Part shown: positions 1 to 14,587 of the stretch, piece by piece
Layout of the letters: each line of letters begins with the position of its first letter
Position numbering within the stretch: the first letter of the stretch is position 1
From: Octopus sinensis
Taxonomy: Eukaryota
NCBI RefSeq assembly: GCF_006345805.1
Contig: NC_043022.1
Location: forward strand, 7,564,001-7,628,000
Reading direction: 5' to 3'
DNA: 64,000 nt
Made by a program: the position numbers and the translations under genes
Notes under the pieces: model-generated
Seen by the model: only the letters and a program-made list of their open reading frames with translations
Told to the model about the DNA's origin: nothing
Databases searched by the model: none

Positions 1-330
1 GTGTGTGCGTGCGTGCCTGCTTCTATATATCTGTGGTTGGAAATGTATGATGTATGTACAGAGTCTATTCCCAAAATAGACACGCAGATCAATACATACA
101 ACTGCATGTAAACTTACATATACACACATATGCACCCATACATACATACACACACACACACATATATATATATATAAATACACATATACATCTGTGTGTA
201 TGTGGGTGTGTGCACATATATACATCATACATGAATAAACACGTTACAGACCTATATACAAACATGCACAATTATGAAAGCATACAGCATACATAGAAAC
301 GTGCATATATATGTATGTACTGCATATATA

Positions 331-491
331 GGCGCAGGAGTGGCTGTGTGGTAAGAAGCCTGCTTCCCAGCCACATGGTTTACTGGTTCAGTCCCACCGT
401 GCAGTACCTTGGGTAAGCGTCTTCTACTATAACCTAGGGCCGACCAAAGCCTTGTGAGTGTATTTGCTAGACGGAAACTGAAAGACTGCTG

Positions 492-525
<34 letters not shown>

Positions 526-541
526 AATTATAGATAGATAT

Positions 542-588
<47 letters not shown>

Positions 589-800
589 TAGATATATATA
601 TGTGTGTGTGTGTGTTTGTCCCCCCACCATCGATTGACAACTGATGTTGATGTGTTTACGTCTCCGTTACTAAGCGGTTCAGCAAAAGAAACCGATAGAA
701 TAAGTACTAGGCTTACGAAAAATAAGTCCTGGGGTCGATTTGTTCGACTAAAAGGCAGTGCTCCAGCATGGCCGCAGTCAAACGACTGAAACAAATAAAA
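331..800 (+). mobile_element. SINE family A (tRNA-like head, CORE-like segment, internal microsatellite, conserved tail)
   Basis: Head GGCGCAGGAGTGGCTGTGTGGTAAG, B-box-like GGTTCAGTCCC, CORE-like ACCTTGGGTAAG, tail ending CCAGCATGGCCGCAGTCAAACGACTGAAACAA; many similar copies in the window. Confidence 0.85.
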
Positions 801-898
801 TAATACATATGTATGTATATATGTGTGTGTGTATGTACACACACACATATATATATACATCTCTCTCTCTCTTTCCATATATATCTATTATATTATTA

Positions 899-1273
899 CA
901 CTTGCGTCAGAAATTAATTAGCAAGTCTCAAATTTCTACATTAAATAGGTTAAATCAATTAACTATGAGCTGTTCAAAACGTCTTACGCGATGAGAAAAC
1001 TTAGTATGGTGTGATTTCGGTCCTTGCGAGGCACTACCTATATCTATAAACAAAGGAGATTTGTCTGCATCCGCACTCCAATTGTTGTTGCACTGCTATG
1101 TCAACATCATAAGGCTGTAGACTCTCAAAATGCTCTGCAAACAAAGTTACGTCATCGTTCTGCGCAACAGTGAACTCGCAACAAAAAGCAATAGTTCGAG
1201 ATATGGCCATAGGTGACAGCACATACTTGAGTGAAGAGCAATCAAGGGTGCTAATTAATTTCTGACGGTAGTG
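899..1273. mobile_element. Non-autonomous Tc1/mariner-type element (MITE)
   Basis: Imperfect 25-bp terminal inverted repeats CACTTGCGTCAGAAATTAATTAGCA / TGCTAATTAATTTCTGACGGTAGTG, TA on both sides. Confidence 0.7.
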
Positions 1274-1933
1274 TATATATATATATACATACAAGAGTAC
1301 ATCAAGTTATTTTGATAAGTGGTTCCAAGACATGCGACTTCAATCGAAAAACTAGGTAACACGAAAACCATTTCAAAAATATTATTAGCTTATATCTGTT
1401 TTCATAAATTCTTTCTCCATATTTTCGCGTTTATTGCAGGTGATTCTTTCATTTCAGCATTGATCTTTGTGTTATTATTTTTTTCTTAAATTTCATTTTT
1501 TTATAATATGCTTACTGAGACCGACATAAGGTTGGATAAAGTAACTGAAGTTGAGGTTTATCATTTTCAGAGAAGAAAAACGACGTAAGGTCGAACAAGA
1601 CGTACCTCGAAAGAACGTATGTTGAGCGATGCTTATACGAAATCGACTTTCTGGACACTTATGTTCCGGTTACTCTTATAATCTGCAGTAATTAACGCTA
1701 ATGTGCGGGTACCTGAATTTAATTATTTAAATAAATTTTACATTTATTTGAATTAGAGCATGTTGATTAAGGTGACCACCACTTTTCGAAAGAAAAATCA
1801 AATATCCGGAACGGCTTAGGAGCAAAATGGTCCGGAAAATCGATCTTGTATATGTATATGTGTGTGTATGTGTGCACACGTCTATGCGTGTGTGAGTATA
1901 CACATACACATAGTTACACACACACATACATAT

Positions 1934-1966
<33 letters not shown>

Positions 1967-1969
1967 GGA

Positions 1970-2425
1970 CCGGCTTCTACCAAATCCACTCACAAGGCTT
2001 TGGTCGGCCCGAGGCTATAGAAGAAGACACTTTCCCAAGTTGCCATGCAGTGCGACTGAACCTGGAACCATGTGGTTGGAAAGCAAGCTTCTTAACTTAG
2101 AGCAAGACATACTAATATACATATACGATGGGCTCTTCTTTCAGTTTCCGTCTACCAAATCCACTCACAAGGCTTTGATCGGCCCGAGGCTATAGTTGAA
2201 GATACTTGCCCAAGGTGCCATGCAGTGGGACTGAACACAGAACCATGTGGTTGGAAAGCAAGCTTCTTAACTTACAGCAACACATACTAATATACATATA
2301 CCATGGGCTTCTTTCAGTTTCCGTCTACCAAATCCACTCACAAGGTTTTGGTCGGCACGTGGCTATAATAGAAGACATTTGCTTAAGGTACCACGCCGTG
2401 GTACTGAACTCGGAACCATGTGGCT
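1970..2425 (-). mobile_element. Three tandem partial heads of SINE family A
   Basis: CTACCAAATCCACTCACAAGG...GAACCATGTGG repeated three times at ~175-180 bp spacing. Confidence 0.75.
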
Positions 2426-3120
2426 ACGAAGCATATGATTCTTGTCACCATATATTTTATATTAGGCGATCTGGCAGAATTATAAACAAGCGGGCGAAGT
2501 GTTAAGCCGCATTTCGTCCTCTTGCACGATCTGTGTTCAAATTCTGCCGAAACCGTCTTTGTCGTTTGTTCTTTAGGTGTCTATAAAATAAGTACAACTG
2601 GGGCTTGGCTTAATTTAATCGAGTCCCCCAAAATTGCTGGCCTTGTGTCAAAAATGGAAACCTATATATACGTCGCAACCTATATTCTAAACATCGTCTG
2701 TTTTTATAGAGTGAATATGGCAAAGATCGCTTCCAGTTACCGCCTTTTCCCTTCCGAATTGTGGCCGGTCGATGGTTGTTACATAAAACTACATCCAGTC
2801 CTCCTGCTCACCATAGTTACTCAGAGTTCCATTCCTGATCAAACGTTTCATAAATATGACGATAGCAATAAATGGTCTCAAATACCATGGACCCAAGTTC
2901 GGGAACGGTGGGGTGCAGGAGATGCAAGCTCACCTCCTAAAATATTTTGTGGGTGCAATGAAACCCCTTTGAACATCCTCCCCACAAAGACCCCTCGCCA
3001 AAACGAACGAATGTAAGAATATTTTAGGGTTAATTTGAAGATTTATTTTCCCATTATTGGACTTATATGATATGGTTGATGTACATATAAAAATAATAAT
3101 ATAATAATAATAATAATATA

Positions 3121-3155
<35 letters not shown>

Positions 3156-3256
3156 GAATGATAATATTAAGGCCCGAAAATTTGGGGAATTTGGGAATTA
3201 TTATTATTATTATTATTATTGAGGTTTATCCGAGGAGTGGTTATTGCTAGTTGAAA

Positions 3257-3343
<87 letters not shown>

Positions 3344-4036
3344 CTGGTGTTTGTTTTGAAATTAAGACCATCTTTGTAAAATATTTTGGACCTGGGTTTG
3401 CACACCCTAAGAAAATTTCGCCCGCCGACTTATGCGGTCCACAGAAGAGAAAAAATAATTCGTTGTTTTGTATTTTCACATTTAATCTTTTTTTTTTCCA
3501 TATTTCTAAAAGCTCCAAATTTATTCTGTATGAATAGAGCTGTTGTTTATTTATAAAATATATTTAAAATTTTCTAAAAACATAAATAACTATAATACAA
3601 AAGAAATCAACAGTACCATTTGTGCATCATAATACAAGAGTATTTCTGAAATAGACGCGAATTAAAATGTGATATAATGAAAGGATATATTTATATCAGG
3701 CACGTGCTGTCAGTAATTACTCAGAGTAGGCAGTTGGTGACCTTTATTCTAGTAAAAAATAGAAAATAAGCGAAACATAGGTGCGCGATTGAGCTGGAGG
3801 CAGATTTATTTCTGCTTTTATAGCATGTAAAGAAACGTTGTTGTAGGAGTGTATGCAGCATGTGTACTACAGCAGTACTATGCGTAGCGTAAATACTGGG
3901 ATTGAAAAGCAAGGACGAATTATACCTACCTAATCTATAAAAGAAAATAATAATAATAATTTGCATTTTATGCATAGTAATCAGAGTAACGTTCGTAATT
4001 TTAATGAATTAGGTGCATATTTTGCCATAAAAGGAA

Positions 4037-4228
4037 AATGTTGCTAGTGATCTATTTTATTCAAGGTAGACATCTCGCCTACATAGGCAGCACGTCCCTG
4101 ATTTATATATATATATTTATTTATATATATTTATATATTTATATAAATCAGGGACGTGGTGGCTAGGTAGTCAAGGTATGCAATGCCTACTTTGAATATA
4201 ATAGATCGATAGCAACATTATAGATACA

Positions 4229-4290
<62 letters not shown>

Positions 4291-4388
4291 TTATATAATC
4301 AGGGACGTGGTGGCTAGGTAGTCAAGGTATGCAATGCCTACTTTGAATATAATAGATCGATAGCAACATTATAGATACATACATACAT

Positions 4389-4410
<22 letters not shown>
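4037..4410. repeat. Imperfect inverted repeat around a (TA)n core plus a direct duplicate of the right arm
   Basis: AATGTTGCTA...CACGTCCCTGATTT (4037-4104) is reverse-complementary to AAATCAGGGACGTG...TAGCAACATT (4145-4219), which recurs at ~4297-4370. Confidence 0.7.
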
Positions 4411-4455
<45 letters not shown>

Positions 4456-4519
4456 AAGATTATTTCACGGTATTTAAGACCCTGACCTAATTTTTGAAAA
4501 TTATGAAAAATATTAATAA

Positions 4520-5140
4520 TCGTTTCTACTTTAGGCACAAAGCCAGCAATTTTGGGGTAAATGTTAAGTCGATTGGCATTACTTTACCGGTACTTATTTC
4601 ATTGAACTGGAAAGGATGAAATGCAATGCCGACCTCGACGGAATTTGAACTCAGAAAATAAAGACACATGAAATGCTGTCGAGCATTTTGCACGATTCTG
4701 CCACTTTGCTGTTTTAATAATGATGATAATGAATTCAAATTTTGTCACGAGGTCAGCAATTATTTTTTGGAGCTGGGTGATGAGTTGATTACATCGATTG
4801 GTACTTGATTGGTACATAGTTTACGTACCCCGAAGGATAAAAATAAAAAATCGACCTCGGTGGAATTTGAACTCAGAACGTAAAGACCGACGAACTGTTG
4901 CTAAGCATTTTGTATAGCAAGTTAACAATTGGTTTCAAATTTTGATACAAGGCCAGTATTTTGAGGGAGGGGGCTAGTCGATTACATCGACACCCGGACT
5001 TGACGGGTTTTATTTCATTGACTCCAAAAGGATGAAAAGCAAAGTCGACCTCGGCGGACTTTGAACTCAGAACACAAACACGGACGAAATGCTGCTTAAC
5101 ATTTTGTTCGGCGTGCAAACAATTCTGCCAGCTCACTGTC
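4520..5140 (-). mobile_element. Three diverged copies of a SINE-B-related element
   Basis: Repeated AAGGATGAAA..CGACCTCGGCGGA.TTTGAACTCAGAA motif. Confidence 0.65.
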
Positions 5141-5176
5141 TAAATGATGATAACATTTTAAATGAAGATGAAGTGG

Positions 5177-5836
5177 AAGAAGAAGAAGAAGAAGAAGAAG
5201 AAGAAGAAGAAGAAGAAGAAGAAGAAGAAGAAGAAGAAGATGGTGGGGAAGAAGAAGAAAAACAAGAATAACAACAACATTGACTACCCATTCCAGCATC
5301 GATATGACTTTCACCGACGTGATATCTCTACTACTACTACTACCTACTACTACTACTACTAGTAGTAGTAGTAGTAGTAGTGGTAGTAGTAGTATCATCA
5401 AAAGGGCATTGTCTCGAATTCTTCATCATCATCATCCTCATTATCATCATCATCATCATCTTCGTCGTCATCATCATCATCATCATCATCATCTCCGCCC
5501 ACGCGCTACTTTAAAGAGAAGACAAAGCCTCTATTATGAAACAAAGTACTATTGCCACACCTACGTATGATTACATCACACGTTTGAAATAAGCATGCAC
5601 CATTAGCACCACAACCACCACCACCACCACCACCACTCTACTATCAGACACCACCACCACCGCCGTTGCTAGCCACCTCCAGCATTGCCACCACCATCAC
5701 CGTCACCGTCACCATCACTATCAACACTCGCTACCACCATCGCCAACACCATCATTACCCTGCGCGACTGTCATCACCGCCAGCACCACCACCAGCACCA
5801 CCAAGACCAGCAGCAACACCATCATCACCACCACCA

Positions 5837-5870
<34 letters not shown>

Positions 5871-6260
5871 CTCTACCAGCATCACTACCACCACTGTTGC
5901 CAATAACAACAACAATACTATCAGCATACCACCACCACCATTATCACCACCACCTCCACCACCACCACCACCACCACCACTACCACCACCACCACCACCA
6001 CCACCACCAACAACAACAACACTACCACCATCACTATAACCACCGCCACTATTATCACCGTCACCATAATTACCACCACCACCACCACCACAACCACCAC
6101 TCTTTAATCACCTTGGCCAATAAGAGCAACTACAAAATCACTTCCAGTCCGTTCTTACCATGGCCTCAATCCTGCACCCACTGCCAATACCAACTCCACA
6201 CCAAAATCACAATCACAACCGCAACCACAACCACCGCCTATACTATATTACTACAACCAC
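5177..6260. repeat. Trinucleotide microsatellite field: (GAA)n, (CTA/TAG)n, (CAT)n, (CAC/CAA)n
   Basis: Direct reading; source of poly-E/K/H/P pseudo-ORFs. Confidence 0.95.
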
Positions 6261-6671
6261 TAGGAACCAATGAAGTGGCCCCTTCATAGTTACTCAGCAT
6301 GCAAGAAAGAGTAGCTAAATTTTCCTTAGAAGTTTCACGTTAAGTTCTTAAACTTTAGAATAATTTGCTGATTTGTTGCACGTCATTATAAGACGTGATG
6401 GCCACAGATGGAATGTCTTTCGTCATCTGTTTTACCGATCTAGGTTCACTTGAAGATAAACGTCAGCAAACTACAACTACTGCCGCAGCCGCATGCGTGG
6501 CTATGTGGTAAGAAGCTTGCTTACCAACCACATGGTTCCGGGGTTCAGTCCCACAGCGTGGCACCATGGGTAAATGTCTTCTTCTATAGCCTTGGGCCAA
6601 CCAAAGCCTTGTGATGAATTTGGTAGATGAAAACTGAAAGAAGTCCGTCATATATATATATATATATATAT

Positions 6672-6713
<42 letters not shown>

Positions 6714-6760
6714 TATTATAATATATATATATACATACATATATGTACATACATCTATAC

Positions 6761-6799
<39 letters not shown>

Positions 6800-6822
6800 C
6801 ATATATGTACATACATCTATAC

Positions 6823-6874
<52 letters not shown>

Positions 6875-6954
6875 TTAAGGGTAGAAATTGATATTAGTCA
6901 ATTAAACCAGTGGTCTAGCACATTAAAAGAATCCGAAGATTAAAATATTATATT

Positions 6955-7185
6955 ACCAATTAAGGACTGAACACGAAAAGGTGGACAGTCAACATGCTAG
7001 ATATAGACGTCAAATCGCCATTCTCCACAAAGATTTTGTCTCAAATAAAAATAAAAATAAAAATAAAATATTTTTATTTTTATTTTTATTTTTATTTGAG
7101 AACAAAATCTTTGTGGAGAATGCGATTTGACGTCTATATCTAGCATGTTGACTGTCCACCTTTCGTGTTTCAGTCCTTAATTGGT
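6955..7185. repeat. Near-perfect palindrome, ~115-bp arms
   Basis: ACCAATTAAGGACTGAAC...TCAAAT(AAAAAT)n then (ATTTTT)n ATTTGAG...CAGTCCTTAATTGGT; centre ~7070. Confidence 0.95.
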
Positions 7186-7193
7186 TATATATA

Positions 7194-7233
<40 letters not shown>

Positions 7234-7237
7234 ATAT

Positions 7238-7412
7238 GTGGGCACAGGACGTCACGAGAGTAGACAAAACAGCCGACAACTGATAAGGGTCATCTTTTAT
7301 GTTGTTTGTTTTGCTTTCTATTTGATCCTTTCGTTGTTCGAAAAAATAGTTCAGATTCCATGTACTCGTACTTCGCATTTTTTGTTGTACACATTTCGTG
7401 ACGTCCTGTGCC

Positions 7413-7415
<3 letters not shown>
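7238..7415. mobile_element. Short (TA)n-embedded element with 20-bp inverted ends; relatives at ~11360-11540, ~12316-12460 and ~41490-41600
   Basis: GTGGGCACAGGACGTCACGA ... TCGTGACGTCCTGTGCCCAC; shared ACAGCCGACAACTGA..AGGG and TACAGGACGT motifs among relatives. Confidence 0.55.
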
Positions 7416-7446
<31 letters not shown>

Positions 7447-7756
7447 TCTTTACTCTTTTACTTGTTTCAGTCATTTGACTGTGGCCATGCTGGAGCACCG
7501 CATATATATATATATATATTATTTGTATTATTATATGATGGAATGCAAGTAAGTTTTACCTTTATGCTCACTTAATGCGCAAGAAATAGCAGCTAAATTT
7601 TGCCTTATATTGCACTACACTGTCTAAACAACTGAGAACAGATTGGATAAGGCTGTCTGGTATTCCAAAAAGGTGGGAAGGTCATGGCTGGAATGCGCTG
7701 GTTGTTCATACAACGGCAAGATGAGTACTGATCTGGGGTTAAAATCAATGAATATT

Positions 7757-8392
7757 CAACTACAACCACCACCACCAACAACACCACCCCCACCAACATC
7801 ACTACAATCACAGTCACCACCGCTACAACTATCACTAAGACCACCACCACCACCACAACTACACTCACCACCACTATTGCCACCTCCACCACCACCGCTA
7901 CCGCCATTACCACCACTACCACCACCTCCACCGCCACTACCATCACCACCCCACCCCCACCACAACCACTACCACCACTACAATCCCCACCACCGCCACC
8001 ACCACCACCACTACAATCAGCACCACCACCAACACCACGACCGCCACTGCCACTACCATCACCGCCACCACTACTACCACCATCACCACTACAATCACCA
8101 CTACCACCAACACCACCACCGACATCGCCACTACCACCACCACCACCACCACCACCACCACCACCAACACCACCACCACCACCACCACCACTCCAATCAC
8201 GAGCACCACCACCAGTAGCAGCAGCACCACCACCACCACTACCACCAATACAACCACCGTGACGTTATCAATTCCAACCGCAATTACAAACACCCATTAC
8301 CAACCCAACAATCGTCTTCAGCAGCACCACCACCACCACCTCTACCACCACCGCAATCGCCACTAGCATCATGACCATCAGTATCACCATCA
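7757..8392. repeat. Degenerate (CAC)n low-complexity tract
   Basis: Direct reading. Confidence 0.95.
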
Positions 8393-8492
8393 NNNNNNNN
8401 NNNNNNNNNNNNNNNNNNNNNNNNNNNNNNNNNNNNNNNNNNNNNNNNNNNNNNNNNNNNNNNNNNNNNNNNNNNNNNNNNNNNNNNNNNNN
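8393..8492. other. Assembly gap (100 N)
   Basis: Run of N. Confidence 1.
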
Positions 8493-8897
8493 TAAACATT
8501 GGTGATATCCAGTTCAGTAAATTCTAAGTCTTTAACGATCCAATACCTACACATTTCGTTTTTGTTCCTGGTTTACAAGATTCCTTCGGAGAATTCGCGT
8601 GCTGAAACAGACGGTCAGAGTCAAAATCCCTTGATACGGTGGCAGATGCGGCGACGAGAAATCCTTCTGTGATAAATAGAAGGAATAAATAAATAAGTGG
8701 AAATTGAACCGGTGCGTGTGTTATATTAAGGCAGTGTGACCCTCCCTAGACACATCAAAACGTACACATTTATTCATTTTAATATCAAATATATATTTGC
8801 TCCTTGTATGCTTATAGATGACTTCTCACACAGGTGCGTGCGGGCACCAACAAGCAATTAGGCGTTCACCTTTGCATACATGCGTATACAGAGACAG

Positions 8898-9272
8898 AAG
8901 TGGCTGTGTAGTAAGTAGCTTGCTTACTAACCAGCCACATGGCACCTTGGCCAAGTGTCTTCCACTATAGCCTCGGGCCGACCAAAGGCTTTTGAGTGGA
9001 TTTGGTAGACGGAAACTGAAAGAAGCCCGTCGTATATATGTATGCATATATATGTATGTGCGTGTATATGTTTGTGTGTCTGTGTTTATCCCCCCAACAT
9101 CGCTTGACAACCGATGTTGGTGTGTTTATGTCCCCGTAACTTAACGGTTCGGCAAAAGAGATCGATAGAATAAGCACTAAGTTTACAAAGAATAAGTCCT
9201 GAAGTCGATTTGCTCGACTAAAGGCGGTACTCCAGCATGGCCGCAGTCAAATGACTGAAACAAGTAAAAGAG
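8898..9272 (+). mobile_element. SINE family A
   Basis: Head, internal microsatellite and tail as in other A copies. Confidence 0.85.
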
Positions 9273-9344
9273 TATACATACATACATACACACGTACAAA
9301 CATACATACATGCATGCATGCAATACATATATATATACAACATA

Positions 9345-9745
9345 TTTCATCTTTTACTTGTTTTAGTCACTGAATTGCGGCCATGCTGGAATACCGCCTT
9401 GAAATGTTTAGTGGGATAAATTGCCCCTAATACTTATATTTTAAGGCTGGTACTCATTCTGTCGATCTCTTTAGCTGAACCGCTAGTTTACCGGAGCGTT
9501 AACAAACCAGCGCCGATTATCAATTGATGAAGCAAACACAACGGTACATACATACACACAGTCATGTGAATATATATATATTTATATATGATGGGCTTCC
9601 ACGCAGTTTCTGTCTACCGTATTGCACTCGCATGCATTTGTCGGCTGCAGGAACAGACGCAGGCCCAAGGTGCCGTGCAGTGGGACTGAACCCCGCTCGT
9701 ACATAGTTGCAAAGCACTCTTCTTTGCCATACAGCCATGCCTGCT
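9345..9745 (-). mobile_element. SINE family A, diverged
   Basis: Reverse-complement head and tail motifs. Confidence 0.7.
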
Positions 9746-9833
9746 CCTACCAACTTAACTAAACACCCATACATGTGTGTGTGTGTTTGTCTATCTGTAT
9801 ATGTGTGTGTGTGAGTGAATATATATATGTGTA

Positions 9834-9884
<51 letters not shown>

Positions 9885-10309
9885 ATATATATATATGTGT
9901 GTATTCTAGAAATAGCTGTAAGACCTTCTATCTATAAATGCTCTAATATCTATACAGCCTTGGGGTTTTTTTATCTCATTACGCAAAAAATTCATATATA
10001 TGTGTATATGTATATATTTTTTTTATTTTTTTATTTTTATTTTATCTAGTTTCGGCTCACGAGCTGTGGTCATGCTGGGGCACCACCAATATATATATAT
10101 ATATATATTATATATTTATATATATATTATTATATATATGGTGTGTGTGTGTGGTGTGCTTATATATATATATATATGCGTATGTGTGTATATATTTGTT
10201 TGTATATATATTTGTGTGTGTGAGTATGTATATGTGTATATATATATATATAATATATGTAATATATATAATGATTATTAAATTTACAAATATGTGTGTG
10301 TATTATATA

Positions 10310-10382
<73 letters not shown>

Positions 10383-10411
10383 GATTATTAAATTTACAAA
10401 TATGTGTGGTG

Positions 10412-10464
<53 letters not shown>

Positions 10465-10952
10465 TCTATATATATATATATATGCACGCACATATATATA
10501 TTTTTATTTACTAATACATGCATTTTTCTATATAAACTATGTAATCTTTGTAATACACACGCCCGCACGGATACACATACACACACCGCATACAGGTATA
10601 TACACACCGTTCTATTTGCGTATCATCATTCATAAGATGAATGCTGGACATGCTACCAATTATATGTATCGTCGTATTTTATAAAAATATATTCTTATTA
10701 ATTCAGTTTTACAAACATATCGATCGCACAAACACATGCACACATATATATCTACATTCATAAACACGCACACACACTCTGAAGCATATATATATACATA
10801 TGCACAAAATATATTCACATACACATAATTGCATTTACATATATGTGCGTATATTTATCTAAATATACTTTCGTTTTCGTGTGGGTGTATATATAAATAC
10901 ACACACTTGGAAATGGATGCGTGACGTTCAATTAAATAGTAATATATACATA

Positions 10953-10989
<37 letters not shown>

Positions 10990-10990
10990 T

Positions 10991-11256
10991 TATATATAAA
11001 ACTGTAGTTGTGTGAGTGTCTGTCCCCTTCGATTTAGATTCCTAACTACTCCCACATTTTGCGGTGCAGTTTAACCAAAACTTCTGGGTATTAGCGCGCG
11101 TCTACGATGAGCCTACGATTTAAAAAGAAATTTAACATCATTTTTTCCCATTTTTAATGCATTTTTTTTGCTATTATATAAGGGAAGTAAATCTCTAAAA
11201 ATGTTTATATAGTTATTTCTCTTACAAACCCGAGCAACGCCGGGCGATACTGCTAG
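10991..11256 (+). mobile_element. Non-autonomous Helitron
   Basis: 3' hairpin CCCGAGCAACGCCGGG ~10 nt before terminal CTAG followed by T; homologous to 50991-51281. Confidence 0.8.
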
Positions 11257-11548
11257 TATATATATATATATATATATAATATAAATAATTTATATATATG
11301 CATATACACACACACACATGTACATGCTTATATATATATGTATATATATATATATGCATATATGGGTACAGGACGTTAAAAAGACGTGAACAAAATGAGA
11401 AACGAGAACATAAAAAAACAAAAGCATTGAAAACGAACATTTTTTTCGAACAACGAAAGAAACAAATAGAGAAACGAGACAGGCAACATAAAGAACATTC
11501 CCTTCCTCAGTTGTCCCCTGTTTTAGCTGCTCCGCGTTTATATATATA

Positions 11549-12005
11549 CTAGCAGCATAGCCCGGCATTGCCCGGGTATGTAAGAGCCCCTAGTAGGCAA
11601 CGACTAATCCCAATCTAGTCCTTTCCCTCTAGGGGACGAAGACGCATGTGTAGGTTGCAATGTCTTCTCTTCACTCGAATACTTCTGTGTATACGATGTT
11701 CCTAGCTGTCCCATTGGGCGAAAACATGAAAACATCATTGCGCCTCCCAACGCGTGAACAGCCCACGTACAGTCCAGAAAATGTGTTGCATATAAAAAGC
11801 TTAGATTCTCAACCCCATGTCGAATTTATCGATTTTTTTCAGAACTAGGGGAACTTTTCAAAATTTTCGCTGCGTTAGTTTTGAATTATGACATTGGGCT
11901 ATGTGTGTGTCAAGTTTCATCAGAATCGGTTGAAAGCCGTGGTCAGGGTGAGGGTACAACCTAACAGACACACACACAGACAAACTGCCGTTTATATAGA
12001 GAGAG

Positions 12006-12006
<1 letters not shown>
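11549..12006 (-). mobile_element. Non-autonomous Helitron
   Basis: 5' TCTCTATATAAACGGCAG; 3' CCCGGGCAATGCCGGG hairpin then CTAG; highly similar to 15362-15789. Confidence 0.85.
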
Positions 12007-12036
<30 letters not shown>

Positions 12037-12243
12037 TGCATGTATATTGATAGAAATGGTAAGACAACAAAAGAATGAAAGAGACCTCGATATTATGTAA
12101 ATAGAGGAATTTATCTGTAAATATAAAATGTGACAATTATTCGGTAGCCATGATAAAACCCACGCCGCCATCTCTTCAGTTATCCGGCCATCGAAAAAAA
12201 TGCTATGTAGTTTTTATCATTGTTACCGAATAATTGTCACATA

Positions 12244-12281
<38 letters not shown>

Positions 12282-12554
12282 TATATATAATATGCATGTA
12301 AATGTATATATATGCATATATGAGTACAGGACGTCACCAACAGTAAACAACATGAAATACGCAAATAACGAGAGGGGAAATATGGAAAACAAGACCCAGT
12401 AATACAAGGAATACATAGAACGTCCCTTCATAAGTTGTCGGCTGTCTATCTCATCCCACATATTTATATTAACTCAATTCCATACACACACACACAGATG
12501 GATATATATGTGTGTGTGAATCAATTTAAGTAGGTATATATATATATATATATA

Positions 12555-12949
12555 CCAGCAGTATCGCCCGGCGTTGCTCGGATTTGTTTTGACCCTTTAG
12601 AATTGGAATTTTTGAAAAGTAAAAATTTTGCATTATGTAGCTTGTTATTCTTTTTAAGTGAACATTTTTCTGGTTGAAATACACTGTAAAATGGCGACAC
12701 AGCAGTAAAAAAATCGTAAAAAAAGAGAGATTTTCATAGAAAAAAAAAGGCATCTTTTTAATGTAAATAATTTTTGGTGTTAACATGGTCTGATTTGAAT
12801 TTTTTCTTCTACGGAAGGAAGAGCAAGCCTTCTATTATACTCTCAATTTTGGTCAACTTGTGCCGCAGGGTCTCGGAGGAGATAGTGTTAGTTAAAGGCT
12901 ACCAAACCTGCCACATACACACAGACAACGTCAGCTTTATATATATAGA
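12555..12949 (-). mobile_element. Non-autonomous Helitron
   Basis: Same 3' hairpin, terminal CTGG variant; homologous to 34204-34598. Confidence 0.8.
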
Positions 12950-13123
12950 TTTTCTCTTCACTAACCCACACATACATGCAATTTCTTACGGAAACGCAGC
13001 CTTTTTCGTCCTAATTCTTAAGATATTCTTTGAATTTGCTAACAATTAAATGTCATTGAATTTCATCATGTAACACGCACACGCATGTACACACACACAC
13101 ACAGACACGCACACACAAATACT

Positions 13124-13169
<46 letters not shown>

Positions 13170-13856
13170 CTGAAACTATGTGTGTGTAAATACCTATGAG
13201 TAAGTGTTCATTATCAGACATTTTTCTCTTTTGTATATTTGCTATATCGTCCGTGTTCAAAATAAATCTGCTTTCAAATTATACATCATTAGCATATTTT
13301 TCAATTTATACGCATTTTTTATAGCAATACTTAAATATTTGTACGTAGGTAGATATCATACGTATTTTGGCATATATATAGATTCGTGCACGTGTGTGTG
13401 CGTGCATGTGTGTATATATGTTTGTGTATATGTATGCATGTGTATATATATGTATATATATGCATATGTGTATATATATATGTTATATAATGTATATAAT
13501 ATATGTATATATAATATGTATATATATTATGTATATATATATATATGATATATATATGTATATATATAATGTATATATATATGTATATATATATATATGT
13601 ATATATATATGTATATATATATGTAATATAATATGTGTATGTATATATATATATGTTGTGTATATATATATATATGTATATATATATATGTATATATATA
13701 TATATGTATTATATATATGTATATATATATATATGTATATATATATGTATTATATATATATGTAGATATATATATATATATATATGTATATATAATATGT
13801 GTAATATATATATATATGTATATATATATATGTATTATATGTATATATGTATATAG

Positions 13857-13890
<34 letters not shown>

Positions 13891-13937
13891 TGTATATATA
13901 TGTGTATATATATGTGTGTGTATATATAATATATATG

Positions 13938-14060
13938 TGTTGGCCTGCTCGCTTAGCCAGCGGGGTGGCGTCATCCGAAGGCTAAAACAATGCGAACGCA
14001 TTGTGACCAGCGATGTGTAAAAACATCTGATGGTCTGGTCGGTCACGTGATCACGTGATA
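13938..14060 (+). mobile_element. 3' tail of SINE family C
   Basis: TGTTGGCCTGCTCGCTTAGCC...GGTCACGTGATCACGTGATA as at 44185-44310 and 52285-52410. Confidence 0.75.
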
Positions 14061-14154
14061 TTTGATTTTGATTTTGATTTTTCCAGTTTCAGCTAATGAG
14101 CTGTAGCCATGCTGGGGCACCGCCATATATATATATATATATATGTATTGTATG

Positions 14155-14187
<33 letters not shown>

Positions 14188-14209
14188 TATATATATTATA
14201 TATATATAG

Positions 14210-14560
14210 TGGTAAGGATATTGCTACCCAGCTACATTGTTCTGGGTTCAGTCCCCTGTGTTGTATCTTGAGGTGTCTTCTGACATAGACCGATGTCAAC
14301 CAAAGAATGATTAGTAGATTTGGTTGACGGAAACTAAAAGAAACCTGTCGTATATAGATATACGTGCGTATGTGCGTAGTTATCCCCCGGACTACCGCTA
14401 TACAACCGGTGACTGTTTAACTTAGTGGTTCAGCAAAAAAATGATAGAATGTGTACCAGCATATTAAGTACTGATGTCTGTCCGTTCGACTGAAATTCTT
14501 CAAAGCGATGCCCTAGCATGGCCGCAGTCTAATGACTGAAACGAGTAAAGAGCTAAAAGG
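14210..14560 (+). mobile_element. SINE family A, diverged
   Basis: Head and tail motifs. Confidence 0.7.
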
Positions 14561-14587
14561 CATCTATGTAGTAGCAGTCGTGTAGTC

